A stretch of DNA of 64,000 nucleotides, taken from NCBI GenBank assembly GCA_040954595.2, contig CM082587.2, forward strand, positions 7,491,705-7,555,704, given 5' to 3'. Numbering within the stretch: the stretch's first letter is position 1; every line of letters starts with the position of its first letter. Shown here piece after piece: positions 40,501-54,489 of the stretch. The position numbers and the translations under genes were made by a program. This DNA comes from Balanoglossus misakiensis (taxonomy: Eukaryota > Animalia > Hemichordata). The notes under the pieces are model-generated. The model was not told the DNA's origin, did no database searches, and saw only the letters and a program-made list of their open reading frames with translations.

Positions 40501-43500
40501 ATACCGCAGGGAAAATTCAGACATAATGTTCTCCATGATGATGGCTGTTTGTGGTTTTCCAAAACCTCTGTAAGCAGTGTTTGGAGGTGTATTCGTCTTG
40601 CATACCTTTCCTTGAAACTGAAAATGCTCAATATCGTATCCTCTTTCCATGAAGGGGAGAGCATATCTCATTATCTGTGTGTTTGGGGAGGGGTACCGAT
40701 TAAATGAAAAGAAGATGAAAATACAGTTAGGTACTTTACATATTTTAGATTTGAAAGTTGAAGCTAACGTACACTAGTCACTTGGCGTGTTAGTGATTCA
40801 GTTGTTCGCAGTCTCTTATTATCTTTCGTATATATGTTTGCCTTTGGGTGAGATTCAGTATTGGGCTAAGTTTCAGTATCTGCTCACCAGACAGGCACAC
40901 AGACAGACAGACAGACAGACATACAGGGGTGTAGGCTTCTGTATGTGAACATGGGAACCTAAATTGTCTAAACGAAGAGACGCTTACAATGCATTGGCAG
41001 TCCTCGTAGTATCCTCCTTCGAAATAGATCTTCATATCGAGCGCCTTCAAAGCGTCGTCTCCTGCAAAGCCGGCTCTGTACTTGGCTAAAACTGCCATCC
41101 TCTTGCCGGTAGTTTTCATGTCTTCATCTCTTTCTAATACCAACCGAACCGGTTTCTTCACTCTTTGAAAAAAGAGAATTAAATTCAAATCGCATTAATA
41201 ATGTTGATTTTTGTCATACCCGTATGTACAGGGACAATTGGAGAAAACTGATATCGATAAAATTAATAAAAGCCCCAGCTATATGATCTCTTGCAACGGG
41301 CGCCACTGAATTCATTTGATACGTAACAAGCGACCTTATTCCCGATTCATATTCCCCTTGGGGGGAGGGGGGCTCAAAAAAGGGATTAGGGAGTCGTCAC
41401 CATGGACACATGTATTTCTCCTAATTGCTCCTCACTCACGTACTCTTGATAAGGGTTGGTGTACCGGTAGGTGTCAAGGTAGGGGTAAGTTAGGGTTTGG
41501 GGCGGTTAAGAGAAAAGCACCAATAACAATCTGTACAAGAATTTTACATTTCGCAGAGAAACCGGTATGACAGCATGAAGCTGGCTTCACTTAGGGACCG
41601 TACAGTTTTTACGGCTGGGGGGTGGGGTTGGCAAGTTTGTGTCATAGGTTTTCAAAATCAGGCCGACCCCCCCCCCCACCTTCACCCAGGACCAAAAAAT
41701 GATGACCCCCCCCCCCTTTTGATAGGCCCAAAAATATGATGACACCCCCCCCCCACGCCGAAAACATTCGCCGTCCTGATCCTATGTACACTGTATGCAA
41801 TAAAGGGAATGAGGCTCCTCACACGTCAATTATACATTTCTGAAAGTAATTCAAGTATATAATAGTATATCGTTGTAATAAATACATTTATGAATAAATG
41901 AAAATGACAAGTCAATACAATAGTTGCTAGAATTGGTAAAACACGAAAAGGGGGGGGGTCCCACATAAGAAAATTTTGTAAAATACAGTGCTCAGAGTTG
42001 CATTTTAATGAACTCTAAAGCAAATAACTCAATGTTGGGGAGGACCAATTTTACTTTTGCCACTCCACTCAAAGTATGCATCGGTGGGGTGGGATGGCAA
42101 GTAGTCTGCCCTGGTACACTGGACAAACCAGCCAATAAATGAAATGTGGCGAAGAATGGAGGCAGTGGGTGTGGGAGGGGGTGTCCCGCTCCACATTAGG
42201 GCGCGAAACTGCAATTTTGTGGACTCAAAAGCAAAAGTTTGCTGGCAAAAGTATGTGACCCCCCCCTAAACGTTTACAATAAAAAGATGACCCCCCTTTT
42301 GAACTTCAAAATTTTAGTGACCCCCCCCCCCCTGGATTTTGCCGCCCCCCGGCCGTAAAAACTGAACGGTCCCTTACTTGTTTGCTGCAGCCGCGCAAAC
42401 TGCTCCATACTGGGTGGGACGGAGATCCTTACCGCCAAAAGAACCACCGAGTCGAAGAGTGCTACAGGTGACCTTATTACAGTCCACACCAATGACATCA
42501 GAAACTACTTCCTAGAAGAGTAGCGAGCCATATTACGACAATGAGAACAACAAATTCCTTTGAAATCGCAAATCATATTGTGCTGATCGCGTCCATCACC
42601 AATCCGTTATCATACGGAATTCATTAAACATAACAGTCATAGGTCGTTACCTGTAATTAATTGCATGGCTACTTCTACTTTTAATATACCTAATGCAAAT
42701 GACTTAACTTGAGATTTTTTATACAAAATCTGCAATGTATTTGAGGGAATATTTCAAGGTTTTGGTAATAATATGTCTTCCCAGGATACGCTTGTCCGAC
42801 TATTTTAGAATACCAAGGATGTGTATCTCTAGGGTAAATCTACGTTAGCTTAGTTTATATGCGGCAAAGTCTGCGCGCAGAGTATGATGTATAATAAAAC
42901 ATATTATTATTGCTGTAAGCTTTAATAAGAAGATTCAATTTACCTGCAGTGCACGCAGACCATGGGAGGTTGCGAAAACTTCCATTATTTTACAACCGAC
43001 GCCAGGAATAGCTCGTATACAAATTGGCTCCGTATAGTAATGCTCCTGTCCGCCAATTCGAAACTCTCCTTCAAAAATGTGGTCTGACTCATCGAAGCCT
43101 CTGTCAGGATCACCCAATTTACGGTTGACAGTATAATCAAAAAATAATCCATGTTGAACAGCGTCCTTGGAAATATTAAAACATAGTTTACAAAAAATTA
43201 TAGTCAGCAGCCCCAAAATAATTTCAGAATAATAACCGACTTTGTAAACAAACGTTGTGGTATTAGTTTGCGCAACAGACCACACACATAAATAAATTCC
43301 AAAACAAAATGCTGATATGTTTCTGATAGGCATTGTGCTACAGGATGTATTGGTTATAAATGAAATAATCTAATCAAATTCCTTCACCACCTGATGAAAA
43401 TACACATTTGAAGCATACCTCAATGGTGAGTACGGCCTCAAGATCTTCGTATGTCACCTCTATGCACTTCACAGCACGTCTGGCAATCCGCTGGCTCGTA

Positions 43501-46500
43501 GCTAATATACCACCGATAACCTCACCGACGTATTTTACCTGTGAGTGAGAATGGACCATTAGAAAACTGCAACAAGTACAGATCTTATCCATTTCTCAAG
43601 TTGATGTGCACATGTATGTATATATGCATATGTTCATCATCATTTTACTTGAAGGCAATGGGTCCTGCAGACAGGTCTGAATAACGGCTCATGACGAGAA
43701 AACTTTTGACAAACGGGCAACCTGCTCGGAACCTCTCTTTCAGCAAAATGAACGGTCGTACTATTTTAAATGATTAACACTTTCAAGTATAGAAGCATAG
43801 AAAGTAAACTTGCTTTGTCCTTTGGCATACCTCATCTTCAGCAAAAATCTTTTCTTTAGTAATCCTGTTGTAATTCTGTCCAGTGATTGCATGTACATCA
43901 ACATACGCAACCACTCCGTCCATTGCCAACGCTGCAGCGGTGTTCACTGATCTACAAACATAAGATATTGGTTTACATTTATCACATAAATCCCCTGAGG
44001 TGTATGCACCTAGAGGACAGATTTTAAGATAATAATGCTCCTCTGGGTGTGTTTTTCAAAACAAGAACACACAGTGTTCCATATCCTGTTTTCATACAAA
44101 TCATTATTTTAATTTTTTTTTCATAGAGTTAACACAAAGATTGGCGGCAATTTTGAATTATATATTGGTCGATGTCTTGAAAAAATAAAATCTTAAAAAA
44201 GGAAAACCCACCAAATAAGCAATCGTAGGCGTCTTATTGGGTGGGACCATTTCAAAAACAAAAAAACAGCAGTATTTACCTTATCTTGGCGTGTGGTTGA
44301 CTACTTGTCAACAGGGCCATAAACAGCTCATCTGATGAATAATCATGCAAATAAAGATTTACAAAATTTAATGTCAAGTCAAAAATTCAACAATCAATTT
44401 TTCAACCCTCGTGCAGGGAATGGTGGAGTTTTGGCTTGTTATTTTTTTGATAGGGGTGTCTAGATTTCTTATACGTTGACGTATCAAACACAGAAGCGAA
44501 TTTTCTGCCATGTGTTGGCGCCTGTAGTAACCCCCCCCCCCAAAAAAAAAAAAAATAAAAAAAAATAAAAAAAATAAAACGACATTCAACTAAATTGGAG
44601 TTATTACATGTCCTTGGTGTGAGGGGTTCTTTTTTGTACACGACGTGTTAACTAATAAGAGCTTGTGTGATTACCTTCCCTTCTTGGTACGTCATCCTGA
44701 AACATTAACTCGCCAGATGTAAGCTCCCAAGATTCTGAATTCACGATTGGTTCTCCGACTGCACCCAGTGTATTACTCTGCAAAATGACGTAATTCATAT
44801 TGGATTTTTGTCTGACGTCAGTTTCAGTACTCCCAGAAGATACAGTTTTATGATTAATTCATTTAAAGCAATGGAACAACTTCATTGTCATTTTATGTGC
44901 ACAACGTGTTAATTACTGCAATGACCAAGGTTTCCTTTTAGGTCGTCGTGTTCTTCATTTAAAGTTACTTTATCATCTTGCAGTCGTTCACAACGGTGCT
45001 TTAATATTTTCAAACATGCTATAAGCACATCTATCTATTACCATGTATGGTGATGCCGCCAAAATACACATTTGGCGATATTCAGTTTTCCATATTCAGT
45101 TTCAAATCCCCGAAAGAAAGATATTTGACTTTCTAAAACCAAAAATTGGTGTTCAGTGAGCTGAAAAGAGTTAACAGTCCTGGTCTTTAAGGGAAGATAA
45201 GGTCATACGAAAATTTGGTAACAATTTACACAAAACCAATAGTCAGTTTGTACCTGCCAAATTTGAGTTCCTTTAATTGCTTGGGTAGGACATAAGCTCA
45301 TTCGTCCGTCAGTATCTATCATTTCCTGGCCCGTCTCTTTTCTGACCATGTAAAAGAACTTGAAAAAAAAGTTCTTCATGGTCATCATTTTAAACTCTTT
45401 CGATTCACTCATGCTGGCATCATCACGCGTCACTTCGCTTGATGTTATTATAACGTTGGAGTGCTTGTGTATAATTTTGAAGATTTCTTCAATAATTGCT
45501 TCGTCCCACATTCTTAATAGAGATAAAATATATTTACATATCATTACAGGCAGTTCAAACCATCCATTTTCATACAAATGTTATAAAACAGCTACTTGTA
45601 CAATGTATGCCAGTTAATGGTTAAGTGAAATGGTAAATGCGTAACAAAAACATTTTAAAACTGGCGTCATGAGTACAGTGAATTTGATCTGAATAGAGCA
45701 TTTTCCGAACTTGGCGAAATCGTATGTGAAACAAAAAAACACAACTCATGGCCCGTCGTGGCACAAAAGTTACAGGTTTGATGAATTGCAACTATTCTAG
45801 TATCATACAACGCTTGAATAACCCATAATGACGAAAATCAAACAAGCCTCGCGAGATCTTGCAACTAGTACTTCGCTTATCAACAAATGAAGAAAATAAA
45901 CAAAATCGACTAAAACGTGGTTACAGATAACAGAACAAATATGAATCGATATAAACTAATTTGAACAACCTTTTCTTCAAAACCTGTACATCATTCTGGA
46001 TTCTTTTCGATGCGAGCAATCCAATCCCACCATAACGAACATGTAGGTCATCAACGGTACATGCAGTCGCACTACGGTTGAGGCGAACCCTCATGCCTGC
46101 ACTGACAACGTCGAGTTCATTGTCCCTTCTGTGTGGAGTGCGGGTATGATATGACCCAAAATATTCGTCCTATCGAGAATCAGTGTTAAAATAATGCATG
46201 AACAGTGTTCTTCGAATAAGAATAAACGTAACAAGAAAAATGTATGACAAAAGTAAAAAAAAAGGCTATCAAATATTCCAGAACAGCCAGTGCTAGCTTG
46301 TATATAGCATAGAAAACTACAGAAAACTTCGGTATAAAGTGTTTACGTATATCACATATGAGATGGCAAAAACATGACACAATGCTTGATGGTCGCAGTT
46401 TAGATATAATAGTGAATGTGTGTGCGTAGGGTGGTGGCACTGAATCATGAATGCGATACCGAGTTCCAAAATGTCTTCAACTTTTACATCAACAAGTAAG

Positions 46501-47146
46501 TGTGAAGGTGGACAGGTACACTGCGCTTCCCGATTATGCTACACGGGGTATATGTGTGTATGTGTATAGTACGCTATATATGGTGCACATAATGATCCCA
46601 CTACATGAATATGTCCTCCACCGTGTGTCAATCGGTGTCAACGACTTACTGGTTTTGTGAGGGAAATTACGATGGACTGCACAATTTCGTCGGCACGAAC
46701 AGCTACCTTTCTCTCGGGTAAACACAATTCTTGTGCTGCAATAGTCCTCCTTGAAGCACCTGTTTAATGTTTATTTCGATTAAAATGAAAACAAACGGGT
46801 AGTCTATTATATCAAAAACTTGTATTTCTATGAAATGTTGGATTTGTGAACTCAAAAACCTGGGCATGTAGCGTTTTCGAACTAATATTCATATTATGGA
46901 ATTTACTGCTGCTGAATAGTTTTACCTTTGTTTCCAACAAGTACTGCTTCACAACCAGCAGCGATGAGTGGTGGGATAATATCAGAGGTCACCAGAGCTG
47001 CAACAAGGTGCCCCCCGAGTGTCTAAAAAGGCGTTAAAAGTGATAGTTAATGTTTCTATTCTACATACATACATACATACATACATACATACATACATAC
47101 ATACATACATACATACATACATACATACATACATACATACATGCAC

Positions 47147-47177
<31 letters not shown>

Positions 47178-47228
47178 TACATACATACAAACATACATAC
47201 ATACATACATACATACATACATACATGC

Positions 47229-47259
<31 letters not shown>

Positions 47260-47345
47260 TACACACACACACATACATACATACATACATACATACATAC
47301 ATACATACATACATACATACATACATACATACATACATACATACA

Positions 47346-47376
<31 letters not shown>

Positions 47377-50300
47377 GGAAGGATGGGTATAGATAGATGG
47401 ATTGATGAATAGATGGATATATAATAAAATTACAGCAGTGTTTCTTGTTTGTGGTCCACCCACACATAGTATCGTCTGTTTCAACTCTTTTAGAACACGA
47501 GTCTTCAATGCTGTAAAAAAAGAAGTATTTCTTCATCAAATGTTGTCAAAGCTGGGACACATGTGCAGCACGTCGATAGTAATGTCATTTAATGGCAGAG
47601 ATAAGCAAGGTGTGTGTGATTGTTCTGTTGGTAGGTGAGCGATTGAGTGAATGAGCGCACAACCAAAGGGATATTCAAAAACTTTCAGACATCCTTTTTA
47701 CTATAAAGGGGCAACATATAATTTAAGGGTGCTTGTATCAAAACTGGGGGAGCACATTTATCCCGTTTCTGGTTAATTGTAGATAAAATGTGGTCACATT
47801 TACCTGGAAGTTCAGATATCAGTGTGTCAAAGGTGTTGATAACTTCAGACATGGGAACCGCACTACCAACACTGACATCGTCTTCCCCAACGTCAATCTT
47901 TCGGAGTTCATGAATGTCAGACACCGACATCATGATGGCATGGCTCGACTTTTGCAGCAGCACGTTCAACCCTGCAATTAATGCGTCATGATGAAGCACG
48001 TCGTGCACATTGTGTTTTTGCAAATTTTTAAAGGGTGGTGGTCGTCAGTCTGCAGCTGTGGGTATGGATCCCCATGGGAAATACAATTTTAAGCTAAAAA
48101 TATGTATTTATGAGGTTGAGGTAGTATACGCATAATTGTTTTGTCCATCCCAGTGTCCAAAATAATTAGTCTCTAGTTTCAACTGGCAACATTTAATGCG
48201 TAACTCCTCGTTGATAAGATTTGTCAGTGTGCTAACTAATGCATACCTATGTCATTGTTTCCCGCAACCAGCTTCACGTTTGGTTTCAGCTGTTTAATTT
48301 CCAATGCTTGACGCAGCGATGTTGGTTTAATCCACAAGACACGGGGACCTCTACACATAAAGGTGCCAGTATGCAATTCTTGGTTAGTCTGTTAAATAAG
48401 AGAATATGAATTTATATTCAATCCTTATCAGTAGATTCCGCCTTCTTTCAGTTTTGGGCTCTGGCGTACGTTGTCAGTAGGCAAATCTTTTCGGCAAAAA
48501 CATAGTCAATTTATGTTGGAGTCACATATGCAAACGTTGATACTGTTACATAGTCTTGATTACCCAGACGGCGCTTGTGAGCTGTCTTCTGGACGCCCAC
48601 AGAGAGTCTGCGATAGTCCAAAAATTTTGACACGTGCACTATACCGGTATATGGACATAATCTTGTGTAAATTAGAGATGATTGTATTCCTTCAGAGGTA
48701 TGCGGTCACCTAGACAAACAAAGCTAATATTACCAAGGCAAATTGAGATTTAACCAAAGGAATATTTTCACGGGGTTGCCACGCGAAGACGTGCCCCACA
48801 ACATGTTCACCCATAGGTTTTACACGTGTAAATTAGAGGTGACTGTGTTCCTTTAAATTAAATTCACACCCAGTGTTCCTGGATAGAAATAACTAGCTAT
48901 CGATGGCACATGTAGACGGCACTTACGAGCAGCTCTGGAGGAAATATGAATTCCTGAGTCTCGCTTTTCGTTGGTTTGTCATTTTCATCCGTGTCAACAG
49001 TCCCTTCACAGACTGCACCATTAGAACGACAACACCCCACTCCGTTGTTTTTCTTGCAACAAGAATCCTACCGTAGAATAAACAAGTTTTTTAAAGAAGA
49101 GAGTGCGATGTAAACTGTGTAACTCATTAGAATACATGTAGTATGATTCTTTAACCAACCGTTATATAGTTTATTCTTGCACTGGTGTAACTTAATTTTT
49201 GTTTCTATATACGCACGTAATATTTCATATGTCGTGAAAGTTCGTATCTGATTGCATGCGTTCGAAGTTTGTAACACGGTTCAATTGTGGTCTTTACCTG
49301 TGAAAAGGTGTACATTCCCTGTAATATCGGCCTGTATCCAGTACATCGACAGATCATGCCACTCAAAGCATAGTCTATTTCTTCCTTCGTTGGTAAAGGA
49401 TTGTTGCGTAGCAACGTGTACATGTTCATCACCATGCCTGGGGTACAAAAGCCACACTGTAGCCCATGGCTTTTGATGAGTTGTTCCTATATTGAACATA
49501 AAGGAAAGGTTACGTTATGCAATTTTATGTATTCATTGTATAGTAATGTTATATACACACATTAAAATATGACCAGACCAAGAATTTGACAAAAACCGTC
49601 AACAGGAAACAGGAAGTATCTATTACTACTCTCACATGCAATGATTATTACTAGCGTAGGCAGGCAGGCAGGCACTCTTTGTGATGATACTGACCTGTAT
49701 AGGGTGAAGCTTATCGGCGACGCTGCCAACACCTTCGATTGTAGTAATGGCCTTGCCATGTACTGAACAAATTGGTACCAAGCAGGCCGTGACACAGCAG
49801 TGACTGAATATACAGAAACACCAACAGAAAAATATAAGCCTTATGTAAACGTATCGAACATGTAAATCAACTACAATGGTACGATCCCACGACCTCCATG
49901 ATCGCAACTGTGCAATGTCAGTTTTCTTCATTGTATATTTCAATGTGACGGAAGTAAATCGATCAAAACAGGTTGCATATACGCAACTAAGTCACGAGAA
50001 AAGGTTAATCTGCACACCCGCACCGTTCCACCCGTACACCACAGGACTGTGTGTATACCGACCTTATCTTCGAAGACCCGGGATCAAAAGTCGAAATCAT
50101 CACTGTACACGCTCCACATGAACCTTCTCCGCACGATAATTTTGTTCCTTTTAAACATACTTTGGTTTTAATTAAGGAAAAAGCTTTATAGCATTGAAGT
50201 GTCGAACAAGCCCGCTTTGAGGAACTACACACCTCAGAGGCCAGCATTTTTCAGAAGATCATAGACCATGAGCTGCTAGGGGTTTACCTCCCCCGAGAAA

Positions 50301-51360
50301 ACACATGGGAAAACATATCACGATTTGGTCTTGTGCATCTAGTCCACAAAATGGCATTAAACCTTTTAAATTTTTGTTTTAGTATTACCAAAATTATAAA
50401 AAAAATTAAATGTTGTTCTCAAACACCAAGAAGTAGGTCGTTGAATGTTTATTTTTGAATAAAATTAACATTTTTGTATAAATGAGTGCCACATGGAGGA
50501 TAAGAAATAAGTTTGCAAGTGGTACAATATTGTCTGCTAGTAGTGAATTCTTGTGATAAATCTTATTAATAATGTGTTATTTATTTTCACCTATGGTAGT
50601 TGTAGGCGGGGAGGGAATGATAGCAACTGGATGACAGACTTCTAAGCCCAATGACCCCAATATTAATACGAATCTAATAAACAATCATCGAAGCCTATAA
50701 ACATCATCCAGAAAACAAGACCTGGCTTCACTCGCTATCAACAATAACAAAGAAATGGGGCGGTGTTTTGTAACCGTCACGTGATGTGCTTTCCCTGTTT
50801 GGGTGTAATACAGGGACTGTGTCCGAACAGAATCAATTGTGTGGATACAGGTTTCTCGCAAGTACGCCACCAAGGTCAACTCAGGGTCAATATTCCTGTC
50901 GACGATCTTTAGAATAAAACATATGCAAATCATTAAAGTGGGACAAATAGACCCTTCCAGTGCATTATTATACTGCGTTTGTTCGAAGAGGACGCTTTAT
51001 AGCATTGCATACGCAAGAATCAGGCGTGGCAGAATACAAAAGGATTGGCTCGACAGCAACATAACCACGTATAATTTGCATATCCACAATCGGCCGTTAC
51101 ATCATCCGTCAGTGTATAAGTTAAATAATTGTGACTTCCGAGCAAATACCACGAAACTTTTTAGCAATGAAATGATTACATATATACATTAATGCCAGGT
51201 TTATATGGTAACACTGAAATATCTCAAGATTTAAATCTAGTAAATGACTTGGTATAGATCTTACCTTTTTACCATTCACATAGAACACAAGCTCGTCGGT
51301 GAAATCATACTCTGGCAGCGCCATTATTTCAGATAATTCATCTTTTTTATAACTACTCAT
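34549..51360 (-). CDS. Xanthine dehydrogenase/aldehyde oxidase-family molybdo-flavoenzyme (about 29 exons), divergent substrate pocket
   Basis: 2Fe-2S motifs [30 protein letters not shown]; FAD domain exons ([18 protein letters not shown]); Moco domain [57 protein letters not shown]. Start MSSYKK at 51360, stop TAG ending at 34549. Confidence 0.93.
34807..34996. mobile_element. MITE with TA TSD (Tc1/mariner-like)
   Basis: ta|ctgtaaa..acgtgttattttcg ... cgaaaataacacgtttacag|ta. Confidence 0.75.
41594..42373. mobile_element. PIF/Harbinger-like MITE, TTA TSD
   Basis: tta|gggaccgtacagtttttacggc.gggggg ... ccccccggccgtaaaaactgaacggtccc|tta. Confidence 0.85.
47062..47375. repeat. Compound (ACAT)n/(AC)n microsatellite in an XDH/AOX intron
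   Basis: Directly visible; source of the MYVC/HTYI ORFs. Confidence 0.98.
50160..50848 (-). other. U12-type (minor spliceosome) GT-AG intron
   Basis: 5' end GTATCCAC; branch site TTTCCTTAAT at 50180-50171; no polypyrimidine tract; splicing restores LRET-L-CLKGTK. Confidence 0.8.
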
Positions 51361-51394
51361 TGTTCCACTGTAACAGAAGATATGCCGCGCTTAA

Positions 51395-51741
51395 AGGGAC
51401 AAAGTCTCTCTCTCGCTGCCCTTTCTTCCATTAATTATATTTGATACAAGACACTGTTTGTTATTCCTCATGTTGATATATAGTGTATGAACGTTCAACC
51501 ACACACAACTTCCATCCCTCTTATAGACAGGAGAGTGAAAAAAACTCGCCAAAATGAATAATCGTTCTTTACCATTTATTCATTTTGGGCGAGTTTTTAC
51601 TTTCCTATCATACAAGTGGGATGGAAGTTTTGTGTGGTTGATCATTGATCCACTATAGATCCACACGTTCATTAACATAAACAGTGTCTTGTATCAAAAT
51701 AATTAATGGGAAAGGGGCAGATGGAGAGACACTTTGTCCCT
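51395..51741. mobile_element. Near-palindromic MITE with TTAA TSD (Kolobok-like termini); one-arm relic near 15265-15313
   Basis: ttaa|agggacaaagt ... actttgtccct|ttaa with long internal inverted arms. Confidence 0.85.
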
Positions 51742-52650
51742 TTAATTATACAAAGAGATCTCTTTTAACTGTCTTTCAAAAACTCTCCGTGTGCCATTTA
51801 TGTTATGTGGTGGTCTGATCATTTGAACAAACTCCCATCTACCGTACAGCCCGGCAAGTTTTTGATGTGGAGGGACTTACAGACACATACATCCATACAA
51901 CTGTCATGACATCAATATGACGTTAGGGGCTGCGGGGACGCCAGAAATTCAATCCGAAATCACCAATTCACACTCACATAAAGAATTTTACGTATTGGTG
52001 GCTAGCTGTAACTAATTTACATTTTGACTACCAGCGTTCACAGCATAGGCGAAGAACAATATAGTGTTTTGTAAAGACCCCACGCGGGCAGTTTGATGTG
52101 TTTAAAAATGATTCTGTATCTTGGTAAGAGAGGAGTTCAGTTCCAGAGAATTCTAGGAGTGCGGTCGTTCCGCTGGTCCAGCCGGGACTGCAGGCTTGTC
52201 CTGTATGTCCACGGCTGGCCTTTCTAAATAAAGTCATCGGCGTTTAAATTTACACTCAACACATGTTACCCTCTATTCATCAACCATCATCACCTTCACT
52301 CGACATCGCCCGAGATCGTGTTCTACCCCATCAATTGGGAGACATGACACAACAGACACAACCGATCCCATAAGGTCCCATGGTATATATACCTATGGGA
52401 CCTAAAAATGTCCCTACCTACCCTATTTTTGAAAACCATGTAATCGGAACAGCACAATAATTATTTTTGTTTTGCCTTACCGTAGTGCCAACATCCGCGC
52501 CATACGTCTGATCCTGGCAATGTCATGAAACGAATGACTTTTACTAAGTGGGAGCGGTTACTATTTTCCTTGCATTAAATAGGCAGGATGTTTGAAAACG
52601 TGTTAAAACCTGTTCTGGGGGCGCCTGTGATTTAGCCAAACAATACACGT

Positions 52651-53420
52651 CAATCTTAGCATTCAAATAACACATGTTTATATACAATATAATACAATTC
52701 ACGCGTTGTCAAAGGATCATATAGGCTAGCGCTATGCATGAATAATGTCTTCACACAGAGCTTGGCGAACAATATAGCGGTTACATAATCATTTTGAATC
52801 AGAGTAGGAATGGAGTGAATGTGGAATTGAACACAGGAAAATATGACTCAACTTTGGAAGAGTGTATTTTTGCAGAAAAAATTACACTTAAACAATTTTT
52901 CTGTCGCAGTTATTTTGCTTGTGCCTTCCAGTGCATTATTTAAAAGTGAAAATCACTTCTTAACAATTTTATTTTCACTTTTCATTTCATCTTTAATTTT
53001 CAAAGCAATGCATACGGTTCAGTAGACATGTGTTAACACGCCAAGGTCAAAATAAAGGCCATTGTTTGTTTTCCGGTGTTTCAATTCAACTGCCATAATT
53101 TAATATTCGGCTGCCATTATGTGCAGATGTATGTCAATATTGCCACCAATTACATGAGCTTATTAGTGGCAGCCTCTAAACTTGACGACACATGCAGATT
53201 TGTTAGGCTTACAACAATTGTTCCTATGAAAATAATCAATCTTAGCATTCAAATTACACATTTTATATACAATACAATACAATTCACGCATTGTCAAAGG
53301 ATCATGTAGGCTAGTGCAATGCATGAATAATGTCTTCACACAGAGCTTGGCGAACAATATATCGGTTACATAATTATTTTGAATCAGAGTAGGAATGGAG
53401 TGAATCTGGAATTGAACACA
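52651..53420. repeat. About 185-bp direct repeat pair (52651-52835 and 53237-53420)
   Basis: caatcttagcattcaaat...ggaattgaacaca occurs twice with few mismatches. Confidence 0.88.
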
Positions 53421-54489
53421 TTACACTGAAAATGGCCAAATTATGAGAATACAAAATAATCCGAAACTTGAAGATAATGAATAATAGGATATCTCATGAA
53501 AATGGTTCTATTTTGACAATATACAACATGTACCGTAGTAATAGGTTTATAAGACGTTTTTTTCATATATATTTCTTCCAGATATTTATACTCATCTTTT
53601 CACCATATCATGGGGGACAAATAAACTTAATATCATAGGGGAGACGTACTAGGTAAATTACAGTTTAAAAAAGAGTGGTGCAGATATTGGATTGCATTGA
53701 AAAAAGAACAACGGTTAATGTGCATGTTTGCAACATGTTTTCATAAGGGAAATAATTGTCATTTGCATTTGTTTAATTCAACTACGAAAGTTGCTGAGTG
53801 TTGAGTTTTATTAGGCGATCCAATTTGGTGTGAAACAGGTGTCATCTCTTCCTCTTCTCCAAAATTCATTCATCTCCGGAAGACGAATAAACAATGTCAG
53901 AGTCGTTATAGCATATAACAGGGCTGCGTTCGGCGAACAAAGCGTTTTGTGAATGCTTGTGCAGGGTGCTTTTGTACTTCATCGAAAGATAAGCTTGTCA
54001 AGCTTGTGTTAACTTATTGTTTAACTATATTATTTGTTGGAAAGACATTATTTAACACAATTATATGTATATAATCATTTATTTACAAATAATATATAAT
54101 TGACGTGGATTGTTGCATTATTATTATATATAAATAATTATGTAAATCACTAATGATACACATATAATACACTTACATTTTTATTATTTATAAATAATTA
54201 ATTATATATAAATAATGATGTAAATCACTCATGATATATATATAATACTTACATTTTTATTATTTATAAATAATTCATTATATGTAAATAATTGTGCAAC
54301 TCATTTATTGTATGCATATAATAGACTGACACTGACACTGTTTATTAATAATTTATTATATATAAATAAAAGAGCATAAAATACATTTTATGTATATAAT
54401 TGAATCGACTTGAAATTATTTATAAATAAATTGTCAGGACTTAAATGGTTTGCAAATCTATAATTACATACATATAAGTATGTTAAATA

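Noticed and set aside
46982-47539. Long MYVC/HTYI-repeat ORFs
   Set aside because: Translations of the (ACAT)n microsatellite; only a short embedded XDH exon near 47436-47511 is real.
34549-51360. Assigning the symbol XDH
   Set aside because: Purine-specificity residues appear substituted; orthology needs a phylogeny.
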